From: Phycisphaerales bacterium
GTDB lineage: Bacteria; Planctomycetota; Phycisphaerae; Phycisphaerales; UBA1924
Assembly: GCA_044222845.1 (NCBI GenBank)
Contig: JBGAMO010000004.1
Coordinates: 509-64,508, forward strand
Reading direction: 5' to 3'
Length of the DNA stretch: 64,000 nucleotides
Shown: positions 17,662-27,333 of the stretch, one piece after another
Layout: every line of letters starts with the position of its first letter
Numbering within the stretch: position 1 is the first letter of the stretch
Notes under the pieces: model-generated
The model's input: only the letters and a program-made list of their open reading frames with translations
Databases searched by the model: none
Told to the model about the DNA's origin: nothing
Program-made: the position numbers and the translations under genes

Positions 17662-18888
17662 TTACTTGACGATCTGGCTCATCTTGAAGATGGGGAGGAT
17701 GATGGCCATAGCGATGAAGCCGACGACGGTGCCCATGGCCAGGATCATGATGGGCTCGATCATGCCGGTGACGGCCTTGATGTTGTCCTTGAGCTGGCGG
17801 GCGTAGAAGGCGGAGATTTCGTCGAGGACTTCGCCGAGCTTGCCGGACTCTTCACCCGCGGAGATCATCTGGATGACGGCGCGGGGGAGGATGGATTCCT
17901 TCATGAGGGGCTGGCTGATCTTCTTGCCCTGCTTGACGCTGGTGTGAACCTTCTTCCACAGGCCGCGGAAAAGAACGTTGCCGGAGATGTCGCCGGTGAT
18001 GCTGAGGGTGTCGAGCATGGGGACGCCGGCGTTGATGAGCTGGCCCATGGTCTGGAGGCTTCGGCTGATGTAGAGGGAGCGGAACATGGTCCGCAGGATG
18101 GGGATGGTGAGCTTCATCTTGTCGACCCAGAAGGAGCCGACCTCGGTCCTGATGAAGCCGTAGATGCATCCGCCGATGGCGGCGGCGCCGCCGATGAGGA
18201 GGTACCAGTTCTTGACCATGAAGGCCGAGAGGCCCAGGAGGAACTTGGTGGCCCAGGGCAGGACGCTCTCCTTGCCCTGGAAGACGCCGGCGAACTTGGG
18301 GAGGACGAAGGTGAGCAGGAAGACGGTGACGCCCACGGCGAGGGTGCCGATGATGGCGGGGTAGATGGCGGCGCCCACGACCATCTTCTTGGTTTCCAAC
18401 TGCTGGGCGATGTAGCCGGCGATGCGGTCGAGCATCTTGCTGAAGCCGCCGGACATTTCCGACGCCCGCACCATGTTGAGGTAGAGCGGGTTGAAGAGCT
18501 TGGGGTGCTTGGCGAGGGCGGCGGAGAAGGGCTGGCCGCTCTCGACGTCATTGCGCATCTGATCGATGACGCGCTTGAAGCCCACGTGCTGGGTCTGCTC
18601 GCCGATGCCCTCGAGGGCGGCGCGCAGGTTGATGCCGGCGCGGATCATCACGGCGAGCTGGGTGGTGAAGTCGAGCACGTGCTTCTGGGTGGGCTTGCCG
18701 GCGTTGAGTTCCCTGAACTTCTCGGCGAGGCTCTTGCCGTCGACGCTGCCGGCCTGGGCGGAGAGGCTCAGGACGTGGGCGCCCTGGTTGCGCAGGATCG
18801 ACGCCGCGGTGGCGGCGGTGTCGGCGGAGATGACACCGGCCTGCACCTGTCCGCCCGAGGTCTTGATTTGGTAACGGTAGTTGGCCAT
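17662..18888 (-). CDS. type II secretion system F-family platform protein (GspF/PilC)
   Basis: 408-aa ORF with two T2SSF-type halves (...GINLRAALEGIGEQ... and ...LINAGVPMLDTLSITGD...) and three TM regions. Confidence 0.85.
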   Translation of the reverse strand: MANYRYQIKTSGGQVQAGVISADTAATAASILRNQGAHVLSLSAQAGSVDGKSLAEKFRELNAGKPTQKHVLDFTTQLAVMIRAGINLRAALEGIGEQTQHVGFKRVIDQMRNDVESGQPFSAALAKHPKLFNPLYLNMVRASEMSGGFSKMLDRIAGYIAQQLETKKMVVGAAIYPAIIGTLAVGVTVFLLTFVLPKFAGVFQGKESVLPWATKFLLGLSAFMVKNWYLLIGGAAAIGGCIYGFIRTEVGSFWVDKMKLTIPILRTMFRSLYISRSLQTMGQLINAGVPMLDTLSITGDISGNVLFRGLWKKVHTSVKQGKKISQPLMKESILPRAVIQMISAGEESGKLGEVLDEISAFYARQLKDNIKAVTGMIEPIMILAMGTVVGFIAMAIILPIFKMSQIVK

Positions 18889-18894
18889 GACTTA

Positions 18895-18925
18895 GGCACC
18901 AGGCATCGGGCATCAGGCATCAGGG
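18895..18925. repeat. phased heptamer tract GGCACCA-GGCATCG-GGCATCA-GGCATCA-GGG
   Basis: Read directly from the sequence. It lies in the 58-bp gap between the pilT stop (18947) and the GspF-family start (18888). Confidence 0.8.
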
Positions 18926-18946
18926 TCGGACACGGGAACGAAGAGA

Positions 18947-20002
18947 TCAGGCGGCGAGCTGGCGTTCGAGCTTGTCGGGGTGGGCGGACTGGGCGATAGC
19001 GTCCTCGCGGCTGATGTAGCCGTTGAAGTAGAGCTCGGCGATGCTGCTGTCGAGGGTGCACATGCCGATGGAGCGGCTGGTCTCGATGACGTTGGGGATT
19101 TCGAAGGTGCGGTTCTCGCGGATGAGGTTGCGCACGGCGGGGGTGCACAGGAGCACCTCGACGGCGGGGACCATGCCGGGCTTGTCGGCGCGGGCGAAGA
19201 GGGTCTGGCTCAGGACGGCCTGGAGCGTCGCGGCGAGCATGGAGCGGATCTGGTTCTGCTGGCCGCCGGGGTACATGTCGATGATGCGCTCGACGGTCTG
19301 GCTGGCGCTGCAGGTGTGCAGGGTGCTGAGGACCAGGTGGCCGGTCTCGGCGGCGGAGATGGCCAGGGCGGTGGTTTCCAGGTCGCGCATTTCGCCGACG
19401 AGGATGATGTCGGGGTCCTGACGCAGGGCGTGCTTGAGGCCGCTGGCGAAGGTGGGCATGTCCTGCCCGAGTTCGCGCTGCTCGATGAGGCATTCCTTGC
19501 TCTCGAAGCGGTATTCGACGGGGTCTTCGAGGGTGAGGATGTGCTTCTTGTAGCGCTGGTTCATCGCCTCGATCATGGCGGCGAGCGTGGTGGACTTGCC
19601 CGAGCCGGTGTCGCCGGTGACGAGGACCAGGCCGCGGGGGAGGTAGGTGAGGCGGGTGATGACCTCGGGGAGGCTGAGGGCCGAGAGGGGCGGCACCTTG
19701 CTCTTGATGGTTCTCATCGCGATGCCGGCGCGGCCGCCCTGGTAGTGGGCGTTCACGCGGTAGCGGGCCAGGCCGTCGACCTGATAGGAGAAGTCGGCGT
19801 CGCGGTGCTTCTCATACGTGGCGACGACCTCGGGGGTGGCCATCTGCTCGACGAACTTGCGGGCGGCCTCCTTGGTGATGACGGGGAACTCCATCGGCGT
19901 GATGACCTGATGGACGCGCATCACCGGCGGCTGGCCGGCGACGAGGTGGATATCCGAGGCGTTGGCTTCGTACGCGGCCTTGAGAATCTGGATGAGGTCC
20001 AT
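18947..20002 (-). CDS. pilT: type IV pilus twitching-motility ATPase PilT
   Basis: Internal ATG 20002 gives MDLIQILKAAYEANASDIHLVAGQPPVMRV. Walker A is GDTGSGKSTT. Also present are ILVGEMRDLETT and GHLVLSTLHT. Confidence 0.85.
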   Translation of the reverse strand: MDLIQILKAAYEANASDIHLVAGQPPVMRVHQVITPMEFPVITKEAARKFVEQMATPEVVATYEKHRDADFSYQVDGLARYRVNAHYQGGRAGIAMRTIKSKVPPLSALSLPEVITRLTYLPRGLVLVTGDTGSGKSTTLAAMIEAMNQRYKKHILTLEDPVEYRFESKECLIEQRELGQDMPTFASGLKHALRQDPDIILVGEMRDLETTALAISAAETGHLVLSTLHTCSASQTVERIIDMYPGGQQNQIRSMLAATLQAVLSQTLFARADKPGMVPAVEVLLCTPAVRNLIRENRTFEIPNVIETSRSIGMCTLDSSIAELYFNGYISREDAIAQSAHPDKLERQLAA

Positions 20003-20144
20003 GCGGCGGGGCTCCAAGGGCGCGGCGTGCGCGCTCGGAGCGTGTATCGGTCGCAAGCAGGCGCGCCATCACGCCCGAGATTCGCGCGCGACAGGCCGGA
20101 CGCTCGCGCACGCCCGCGCAACCGACACAGACGGACCGGGATCG

Positions 20145-20654
20145 TTATTGGCTCCCACCATCGGGGCGGGGCCGGCGGGATTCGGAGAGGCCGGCGCGTT
20201 CGCCGCGTTTCACGGCGGTGAGCCACGCGAGCAGGCCGTCGGCGTCGCGGTATCCCACGGCGCGGTCGAACTCCTCGCCGCCGACATAGGCGATGAGCGT
20301 GGGGACGGCGGTGATGTGCAGTTGCTGCGCTTCCTGGGGAGCGGCGTCGACGTCGAGGCTCACTGCCAGGCCGTTGCTCGCGAACCACTGCTCGACGCGG
20401 GGGTCGCGCCACGTGCCGCGGTTCATCTGTTGGCAGGGGCCGCACCAGGAGGCTGTAGCACGCACCACCAGCACGCCGCCGGTGGCCTTGACCTGCTGCA
20501 ACGCGGCGTCGCGGGAGAGGGGCGCGAAGACGGGCGGCTCGCCGCCGCGACGCACGAGCAGGACGATGGTGACGGCGAGGAGCGCGAGGAAGAGGGCGAA
20601 GGCGAACTTGTTGGTCTTGCCGGCGGGGGTGCTGTTGGCGGGTGGCGGGGTCAT
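20145..20654 (-). CDS. membrane-anchored thioredoxin-family protein
   Basis: N-terminal TM FAFALFLALLAVTIVLLV. WCGPC active-site motif, and ...ITAVPTLIAY... Confidence 0.8.
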   Translation of the reverse strand: MTPPPANSTPAGKTNKFAFALFLALLAVTIVLLVRRGGEPPVFAPLSRDAALQQVKATGGVLVVRATASWCGPCQQMNRGTWRDPRVEQWFASNGLAVSLDVDAAPQEAQQLHITAVPTLIAYVGGEEFDRAVGYRDADGLLAWLTAVKRGERAGLSESRRPRPDGGSQ

Positions 20655-20659
20655 CGCGT

Positions 20660-21133
20660 TCAGCGTCTGCGGGACATGGCGCGATCGATGTCGCGCTGGG
20701 CTTCGCGCTCGCCGATGGCCTGGCGCTTGTCGGACTTGCTCTTGCCGCGGGCGACGCCGATCTCGAGCTTGGCCCAGCCGTTCTTGAAGTAGAGCTTGAG
20801 GGGGACGATGGTCATGCCCTTCTGCTCGATGCGCTTCGCGAGCTTGACGACTTCACGGCGGTGGGCGAGCAGGGCGCGGGCGCGGGTGGCGCGGTGACCC
20901 AGGCCGCCGGCGGGTGCGTATTCACCGATGTTGACGCCCACGAGCGTCATCGTCGGGGGGTTGCCTTCGACCAGGACGTAGCCTTCACCCAGGGAGACGG
21001 TGCCGGCGCGGACGGCCTTGACTTCGCTGCCGCGCAGGGCGATTCCGACCTCGAGCGTCTCTTCGATGTGGTAATCGAATCGGGCTTTGCGGTTCTCGAT
21101 GGTGCGGGGTTCGTTCGCCTGTTTTTTGGCCAC
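20660..21133 (-). CDS. smpB: SsrA-binding protein SmpB
   Basis: IENRKARFDYHIEETLEVGIALRGSEVKAVRAG...LLAHRREVVKLAKRIEQKGMTIVPLKLYFKNGWAKLEIGVARGK. The start is taken at GTG 21133, so only the C-terminal 157 aa of the track ORF are credible. Confidence 0.9.
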   Translation of the reverse strand: MAKKQANEPRTIENRKARFDYHIEETLEVGIALRGSEVKAVRAGTVSLGEGYVLVEGNPPTMTLVGVNIGEYAPAGGLGHRATRARALLAHRREVVKLAKRIEQKGMTIVPLKLYFKNGWAKLEIGVARGKSKSDKRQAIGEREAQRDIDRAMSRRR

Positions 21134-21170
21134 GCGGAGGGATTGTACGTAAGGGGCGCGTGGAGCGGGG

Positions 21171-24100
21171 CTACCTGGTGCGCCATTCCAGAACGCGGTC
21201 TCGCTGGACGACGAGGGTGGCGCCGTCGGGGGTTTCGAGCAGCGATTGGACGCGGTCGTCGGTGGCGAGGGTGGCGCGGAGGGTGGCGGACTCGGCGTCC
21301 CAGACGCGGATGCGTCGGTTGGCGCCCGCGAGGATGCGGGGCGGGTCGGCGCGCCAGGCGAGGCACTCGATGCGTTGCTTTTCGCCCTCGAGGGCGGTGG
21401 TGGCGCCGGTGGCAACATCAAAGACCAGGGCGTGACCCTGCGGGCCCGCGGCGGCGATGCGTTTGCCGCCGGGTTCGATGGCGACGGCGGCAACGGAGTT
21501 GGGGAGACGGAATGTCCTGGGCGAAAGGGCGAGATCTTCGGCGAAGACTTCGACGGTGCGGGCGTGGGAGACGGCGACGCGGCCGGCGAGGACGTTGAGC
21601 GTGGTGAACGGCCAATCGGAGCTTTTGCGTTCGCCCCAGTCCATGTCGCGGCCGGCGATGGGGGTGGCGGTGCGGAGGTCCATCTTGTCGAGGCGGGCGG
21701 CGGGGCCGTCGCTGACGCGGAGGACGTACGCCGCGCCGTTGTGGACGCAGACCTTGCAACCGAACGGGAGTGCGTTGATGGGCCCCTGCTCGGAGAGTTT
21801 CATCGCGGGCAGGGCGATGGTGCGGATGCGGGTGCCGTCGGCGAGGTTGTGGAGCGTCAGGATGTTGTCGGGGCCGAGCACGAGGACCTGGTTGTGTTCC
21901 GGGTCCGGGCAGCCGACGACGCCGGGGGGGAGGTTCCACGCGGGGCCGGCGCCCAGGCGCCACACCACCTGGGCGGCTGCGAACCGGGGGGGCGTCAGGA
22001 GGATGAAGCCGCGGCCGCAGTCTTGTGCGGAACCGACTTCGGGGAGGTCGAGTTCCTTCTCGACGTCGGAGAGTTTGCAGGCGCGGATATCGCCGGCGTC
22101 TTCGGCGAGGAAGAGTTCGCCCTGGGGAGAGTCGGCGATGGCGGTGACGGGTGTGGCGTTGCCGCGGACAGAGCCCAAGCGGGCTCCGGTGCGGGCATCG
22201 GCGGTGATGACGATGTTGTCGAGGGCGACAGCGATCTGCGAACCGCCGGCGATGAAGGCGGCGGCGGTGCAGTGGCCGCGGAGGATCGGTTGGGTCGGCT
22301 GCGTCGGGTGCAGCGGCCGCATGGGCCACGCGGAGGCGTCGTAGAGGCGGACTTCGGAATCGGTCGCGATGAGGACGTGGTCGGCGGCGGCGAGGGCGAG
22401 AGCGGCGCGTCCGGCTTCGGGCGCGGGGGCGATGAGCGGGTTGGCGTCGGGGCGGGAGAGGTCGTAGACGCGGTGGTCTTCGCCGATGAGGAGGAGGCGT
22501 CCGTCGGGCAGGAAGGTCCAGGCGTGGGCGTCGGGGAGGATGAGGGGCGGGGCTTCTTTCGTGAGGTCGTACACGAGGATGCTGCGCTGGTTGATCACGT
22601 CGCCGCCGATGGGGAAGGCGCGGACGGCGACGCGGTCGCTGCGTTCATCGAAGACCGCGAGCAGCGGGGCGTTGTCTGCGCGTGCGGTGCCGAGTTCGCC
22701 GAGGGCGCGGCCGTGGTCGCCGGTGGCGGCATCGGTGAGGTAGAGGGTTTGGGGGTGTGGCGTGCCCGCGGCGGAGAGATGGCGGGAGACGAGACGGCGA
22801 CCGGAGGGATCGCCCCCCACCACGCTCCAGTTCTGGCTGGATTCGCCGGAAGGGGCTTTTTGCGAGATTGCCTTGGTGGGGACGGGTGAACCATCGGCGA
22901 GGCGCCAGCGGACCGGGCCGGTGACGCGCACGCCGGAGAGATTGTCGCCTTCGACGCGGAGCGAGAGGGTGCGCGGGGCTTGATCGGCGAAGAGGCGGGT
23001 CATGGCGGAGGCGGCGCTGAGGCGTCGCCATTCCCAGCCGCGGAGGTTGGGGGGGCAGTTCTCGAGCGATTCGACGGCGAGATCGACGCGGCCCTGGCGT
23101 GCGTAGTTGTCGGCGGCGGCGATGTTGGCGGTGTACGCGGCGATGGTGGCGTCGTTGCGTGCGAACATCGCCTGTCGCATGAAGAAGAGGGAGACGATGA
23201 GGCCGAGCAGGAGGGCGAGCGAGACGGCGGCGGCGGCTGGGAGGAGGCGGCGGTGCCTGCGGATGAACTTCCAGAACTCTGCGCCGAAGCGGTGCGTCTC
23301 GGCGATGAGGATGTCGCCGGTGAGATAGCTGTTCACATCCGCGGCGAGATCCTGGGCGCTGGCGTAGCGGTCCTGCAGGTCGGGTTCGAGGGCTTTGAGA
23401 GGGATCAGGGCCAGGCGGCCCTTGAGTTCCTGGGTGAGGCGGGCGACATCGGTGCCGCGTGCTTTCGCGACGGAGTCGGTTTCATTTCCCAGGGTGCTGA
23501 GGCGGGTGCTGGGTTTGGGCGGAGGCTGCTCGCGGAGCATCCGAACTACATCCTGCCGGAAGCACTCGAAGAACGCGTCGGCCGGGATAGGCAGAACGCC
23601 GGTGAGCAGTTCGTAGAGGAGGACGCCGAGGCTGTAGACATCGCTGCGTCCGTCGACATTGACCAGACCGCCTTCTGCCTGCTCGGGGCTCATGTAGCCC
23701 AGGGTGCCGATGAACTGGGAGAGTTGGGTCTGGCCGTTGGGGTCTCGCTGCAGGCCGCCCAGTGACTTGGCGATGTTGAAGTCGATGACCTTGGGGATCA
23801 CGCTGGAAGGATCGCCGGCGCGGGCGTCGGGGACTTCGGCGACCAGAACGTTTGCGGGCTTGATGTCGCGGTGGATGATGCCCCGGAGGTGGGCGTGGTG
23901 GACGGCGTCGCAGACCTTGATGAAGAGCCTCATGCGTTCGCCGATGGTGAGGCGTTTGTCGTCGCAGTACTGGGTGATGGGCTTGCCGCGGATCAGCTCG
24001 AGGACGCAGTAGTCGCGGTTGTCGTGGGTTCTGCCGACGTCATAGACCTTGACGATGTTCGGGTGATCCATCAGGGCCAAGGCCTGATGCTCGTGACGGA

Positions 24101-24386
24101 AGCGGGCGATGAGTTCCGGCGTTTCTCGGCCGGGGGCGATCATCTTGATGGCCGCGGGCTGGAAGATCTCGGTGTGCCTGGCCTGGTAGACCACGGCAAA
24201 GCCGCCTTGGGTCAGCTTGCCGACGATCTCGTAGGGCCCGATGCGGTCGCCGGGCCGGAACTCGTCGACGCCCACGATATCGCGCAGGAGGGTGGGATCA
24301 TCGGGGCCGATGGGGCGGAAGGGCTGAAAGCTGGTCGCGCTGCCGGAGTCGCCCGCTGGAGATGGTGGGGTCGGGGGTTGCGGCAT
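21171..24386 (-). CDS. Ser/Thr protein kinase with TM segment and about 650-aa WD40/beta-propeller-like extracytoplasmic region
   Basis: GGFAVVYQARH, HRDIKPANVLV, DFNIAK and GTLGYMSPEQ. The TM is LLPAAAAVSLALLLGLIVSLFFM. The C-terminal region is long and repeat-rich. Confidence 0.85.
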   Translation of the reverse strand: MPQPPTPPSPAGDSGSATSFQPFRPIGPDDPTLLRDIVGVDEFRPGDRIGPYEIVGKLTQGGFAVVYQARHTEIFQPAAIKMIAPGRETPELIARFRHEHQALALMDHPNIVKVYDVGRTHDNRDYCVLELIRGKPITQYCDDKRLTIGERMRLFIKVCDAVHHAHLRGIIHRDIKPANVLVAEVPDARAGDPSSVIPKVIDFNIAKSLGGLQRDPNGQTQLSQFIGTLGYMSPEQAEGGLVNVDGRSDVYSLGVLLYELLTGVLPIPADAFFECFRQDVVRMLREQPPPKPSTRLSTLGNETDSVAKARGTDVARLTQELKGRLALIPLKALEPDLQDRYASAQDLAADVNSYLTGDILIAETHRFGAEFWKFIRRHRRLLPAAAAVSLALLLGLIVSLFFMRQAMFARNDATIAAYTANIAAADNYARQGRVDLAVESLENCPPNLRGWEWRRLSAASAMTRLFADQAPRTLSLRVEGDNLSGVRVTGPVRWRLADGSPVPTKAISQKAPSGESSQNWSVVGGDPSGRRLVSRHLSAAGTPHPQTLYLTDAATGDHGRALGELGTARADNAPLLAVFDERSDRVAVRAFPIGGDVINQRSILVYDLTKEAPPLILPDAHAWTFLPDGRLLLIGEDHRVYDLSRPDANPLIAPAPEAGRAALALAAADHVLIATDSEVRLYDASAWPMRPLHPTQPTQPILRGHCTAAAFIAGGSQIAVALDNIVITADARTGARLGSVRGNATPVTAIADSPQGELFLAEDAGDIRACKLSDVEKELDLPEVGSAQDCGRGFILLTPPRFAAAQVVWRLGAGPAWNLPPGVVGCPDPEHNQVLVLGPDNILTLHNLADGTRIRTIALPAMKLSEQGPINALPFGCKVCVHNGAAYVLRVSDGPAARLDKMDLRTATPIAGRDMDWGERKSSDWPFTTLNVLAGRVAVSHARTVEVFAEDLALSPRTFRLPNSVAAVAIEPGGKRIAAAGPQGHALVFDVATGATTALEGEKQRIECLAWRADPPRILAGANRRIRVWDAESATLRATLATDDRVQSLLETPDGATLVVQRDRVLEWRTR

Positions 24387-24590
24387 GGGTGGGCGGGGCT
24401 GTGGTCAGACCTCCTGCAGATCATACATCCCGGGGCGGCAACGTATTGCACCTGCGGGATGAGAGGAGGGCCGATGTGGATAGACGCGTGCTGCGGGGTG
24501 TGGCGCGCGGCGGAGAGGATTTTCACCGGGAGGGCGGGGGTGGGGAAAACCGGATCATCTTCCGCCTTGGAATTATCCGATACCCTTGCG

Positions 24591-26153
24591 ATGCCAACCG
24601 CCGCGCCCGTTCTGACGCCCGCACCGACCATCGCCGTGCCACGCTCGCAGTCCCGTCCATCTTCGGAGCAGTTCGACCCCGCGGGGAAGCACGCGTACTT
24701 CATCGGCATCGGCGGGTGCGGGATGTCGGGGCTGGCCCGGATGCTGCGGACGCGGGGGGCGGTGGTGAGCGGGTCGGACAAGGAGCAGTCCTGTGCCACG
24801 GACACGCTGAGCGCCGAGGGGATCGCGGTGGGGTTTGACCAGAGCAAGCAGTGGCTGCCGGAGGGGTGCGACTTTGTCGTGGCGTCGGCGGCGGTGAAGC
24901 CGGACCATCCGCAGATGCTGGAGGCGGAGCGGCGTGGGATTCCCATCTATCTATATGCCGAGGCGCTGGGCAAGAGCATGATCGGCAGCACGGGCGTGGC
25001 GGTGGCGGGGACGCACGGCAAGAGCACGACGACGGCGATGCTGGGGTGCGCCCTGACAGATGCCGGACTCGATCCGAGTGTGATCGTGGGAGCAACGAGC
25101 CATCAGTTGGTGAGCGGGTGTCTCAAACCGCTCGCGTCGGTCGCGGCGGGGTTCCGGCTGGGATCGCCGGTGATCCCCACCGGGGAGCAGGCGGGCCGGC
25201 CGGGTGTGCTGGTGGCGGAGGCGTGCGAGTACAACCGGTCGTTCCACAACTTCCGGCCGACGGTGGCGTGCATCAGCGGCGTGGAGGCGGACCATCTGGA
25301 TGTGTACGGGACGCTGGACGCGGTGGTGGAGAGCTTCCACGAGTTTGCGCAGTTGCTGCCGCCGGCGGCGGAGGGGGGCTACCTGCTGATCGGGCATGAC
25401 GGGGCGCACCGGCGCGAGGTGACGGCGGGGCTGGACTGCGCGGTGGAGACGATCGGGTTTTCTCCGGCGGCGGATTGGGTGGTGGGGTACGACGCTTCGA
25501 CGCGGGGCGTGACGATTTCACGCCGCGGACGGGTGGAGGCCAAGTGGACGAACACGGTGGCGGGTGCTCACAACGCGGTGAACGCGGCGAATGCGTTCGT
25601 GCTGGCGCGGCGGCTGGGGGCGGACCCCGAGCGGCTCGCGGCGAGCCTGTCGCGGTTCTCTGGGATTGATCGGCGGATGCAGTTGCTGGGCGAGCGGCCG
25701 GTGCCGGGGGGCACGGTGCGGGTGATCGATGACTACGGGCACCACCCCACCGAGATCGAGGTGACGCTGCGGGCGCTGCGCGAGGCCGAAGCGCCCGAGA
25801 AACGCGGGGGGCGGCTGATCTGCGTCTTCCAGCCGCACCAGCACAGCCGCACGCGGCACCTGCTCGAGGAGTTCGCCGCGAGCTTCTCGCACGCGGACGT
25901 GGTGATCGTGCCGCACATTTACTTCGTGCGCGACAGCCTGGAAGAGAAGCACAAGGTGACATCGGCGGACCTGGTGGACCGCCTGCGGGAGAAGGGCGTG
26001 CGGGCGATGCACCTGTACCCGTTCGAGGCGATCATCGAGCAGCTCGAGACGATGTGCCGCGCGGGCGAGGTGGTGGTGACGATGGGGGCTGGGGATGTGT
26101 GGAAGGTGGCGAAGGGGTATCTGGAGGCGGGGGAGGGGATGCCGCGTGGTTGA
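24591..26153 (+). CDS. murC: UDP-N-acetylmuramate--L-alanine ligase
   Basis: Internal ATG 24591. HAYFIGIGGCGMSGLARML, GTHGKSTTTAML and DDYGHHPTEI. Confidence 0.9.
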   Translation: MPTAAPVLTPAPTIAVPRSQSRPSSEQFDPAGKHAYFIGIGGCGMSGLARMLRTRGAVVSGSDKEQSCATDTLSAEGIAVGFDQSKQWLPEGCDFVVASAAVKPDHPQMLEAERRGIPIYLYAEALGKSMIGSTGVAVAGTHGKSTTTAMLGCALTDAGLDPSVIVGATSHQLVSGCLKPLASVAAGFRLGSPVIPTGEQAGRPGVLVAEACEYNRSFHNFRPTVACISGVEADHLDVYGTLDAVVESFHEFAQLLPPAAEGGYLLIGHDGAHRREVTAGLDCAVETIGFSPAADWVVGYDASTRGVTISRRGRVEAKWTNTVAGAHNAVNAANAFVLARRLGADPERLAASLSRFSGIDRRMQLLGERPVPGGTVRVIDDYGHHPTEIEVTLRALREAEAPEKRGGRLICVFQPHQHSRTRHLLEEFAASFSHADVVIVPHIYFVRDSLEEKHKVTSADLVDRLREKGVRAMHLYPFEAIIEQLETMCRAGEVVVTMGAGDVWKVAKGYLEAGEGMPRG

Positions 26154-26178
26154 TTGGGGGGGGAGGAAGCAGGGACTG

Positions 26179-26195
26179 GGCATCGGGCATCAGGG
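26179..26195. repeat. GGCATCG-GGCATCA-GGG heptamer motif
   Basis: The same 17-mer, ggcatcgggcatcaggg, occurs at 54780-54796. It lies 26 nt after the murC stop. Confidence 0.75.
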
Positions 26196-26235
26196 AAGCG
26201 GGACTCGGGGCTGGTCCCTGGGGGGGGTTGATGCG

Positions 26236-26312
26236 CGAGCGGGGGGTTGGGTCTTTGGTGCTTTGGGCTGTTGTGCATGGTCGACAGCGAGGTTGTTCGG
26301 GGCGGCGATGCC
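26236..26312 (-). mobile_element. diverged R1 (IS5-family 5'-end) fragment
   Basis: By-eye alignment of gcgagcggggggttgg..ggtgctttgggctgttgtgcatggtcgacagcgaggttgttcggggcggcgatgccacc to the 33095-33190 copy. The similarity is weak. Confidence 0.3.
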
Positions 26313-26457
26313 ACCAGCCGAACATCTACTGCAAACGCGCCAAGTCCCGCGGGGTTCGTTCACTTCACGCGCATCGTCGGCCCGCATGCCAGAAGCCGAC
26401 ATTGTTCAACTCCCGAGTTGCCCGCGTCGCTTGATGTGCGCAGAACGCAGCCGGGTG

Positions 26458-27285
26458 TCAGAGAGTATCGACATCAGAGGTCTTCTCATCTCCGCGGTTT
26501 CGCCCGGGCTCCACAAAGACGGCGACTTCAAGACACTTTCCGCACTCCGCACAAGTACTTCTGCCATCGCCGGCGGGGTAGCCGCAGTTCCAGCACTTGC
26601 CCACAAGCACTCGCCACCATGCGTGCAAACACGCCAACACTCCCACGCCAGCGGCGAGAGGCAGCCAAATCCTGGTGAGGAATAACCATAGCCCAAGAAA
26701 CGAAACTCGCCACGGCAGAGAAATAGTTCGAAGAAATGGAATACCAATATCAATAACATCAGCAGGCCCAGATACACCGTCTATGCTGAATACCTTGGAG
26801 TACATAAGGCGAAACGGAAAGCCATAATAATATATCGTGCATCCACCAGCTCCGGTTCGAAGGGCTGACTGCACTTCCGAAGGAAACACCGGGTCATAGG
26901 TCCAATGCTCCGAACGAAGTACACGCTCTAGATTCTTCTGGTGGCCGATCGTTTCGACTTCCTGCGGACACACAATGCCGTAATAGTCGTACAAATACTC
27001 GGAGTGCTTCTCGTAATACACACGGTCCTCTCGAACGACATAATGATAATTTGGGCCCTTGTCACCAGCCGATGCAGATATACAACACGTAATATACCCG
27101 GTCACCAATATGCCGATAAGCCACCAAAACTGATTTTTCAAAGCAACCGAGCAGGCCACGCGCCACCCGAGTGGTGTCGGCTTCGTGCGCCTGATTCTTT
27201 GAACGATCGCCAGAAGGTCAGATTTTAGTGCTCGCGCTCGTCGCATGGTGTTCCTGCGATGACATACTGAGTGATTCTGATCCAA
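26458..27285 (-). CDS. ZR1: low-GC membrane protein with C-terminal CxxCGY..CxxCG zinc ribbon (paralog of 29246-29848 and 32187-32798)
   Basis: N-terminal TM FWWLIGILVTGYI, motif YYGFPFRLMY, second TM LWLFLTRIWLPLAAGVGVLACL, then CWNCGYPAGDGRSTCAECG. The start may be the internal ATG 27246. Confidence 0.65.
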   Translation of the reverse strand: MDQNHSVCHRRNTMRRARALKSDLLAIVQRIRRTKPTPLGWRVACSVALKNQFWWLIGILVTGYITCCISASAGDKGPNYHYVVREDRVYYEKHSEYLYDYYGIVCPQEVETIGHQKNLERVLRSEHWTYDPVFPSEVQSALRTGAGGCTIYYYGFPFRLMYSKVFSIDGVSGPADVIDIGIPFLRTISLPWRVSFLGLWLFLTRIWLPLAAGVGVLACLHAWWRVLVGKCWNCGYPAGDGRSTCAECGKCLEVAVFVEPGRNRGDEKTSDVDTL

Positions 27286-27333
27286 TCTGAGGCATGTTCA
27301 AACATCAACAATTGGAGTTCGCTCTTCACGTTT

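Noticed and set aside
17599-18999. 466-aa plus-strand ORF antisense to the GspF-family gene. The same applies to similar long antisense or off-frame ORFs, for example 12477-14417(-), 21246-22889(+), 33027-34955(+), 33238-35016(-), 59506-61818(-), 61787-63631(-), 41284-42273(-) and 44574-45755(-).
   Set aside because: Their compositions are dominated by Gly/Ala/Asp/Glu/Val or by Arg/Pro/His, which is typical of shadow frames in high-GC DNA. Each also fully overlaps a gene with clear family motifs on the other strand or in another frame.
20660-21170. Search for a tmRNA (ssrA) gene or tRNA genes near smpB and elsewhere in the window.
   Set aside because: I found no GGTTCGAATCC/GGTTCAANNCC T-loop with a complementary stem, no CCA-proximal acceptor pairing, and no tmRNA tag-ORF-like segment. 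Candidates such as gggttcaagtg at about 17505 and ccggttcaaccg at about 47590 lack matching T-stems.
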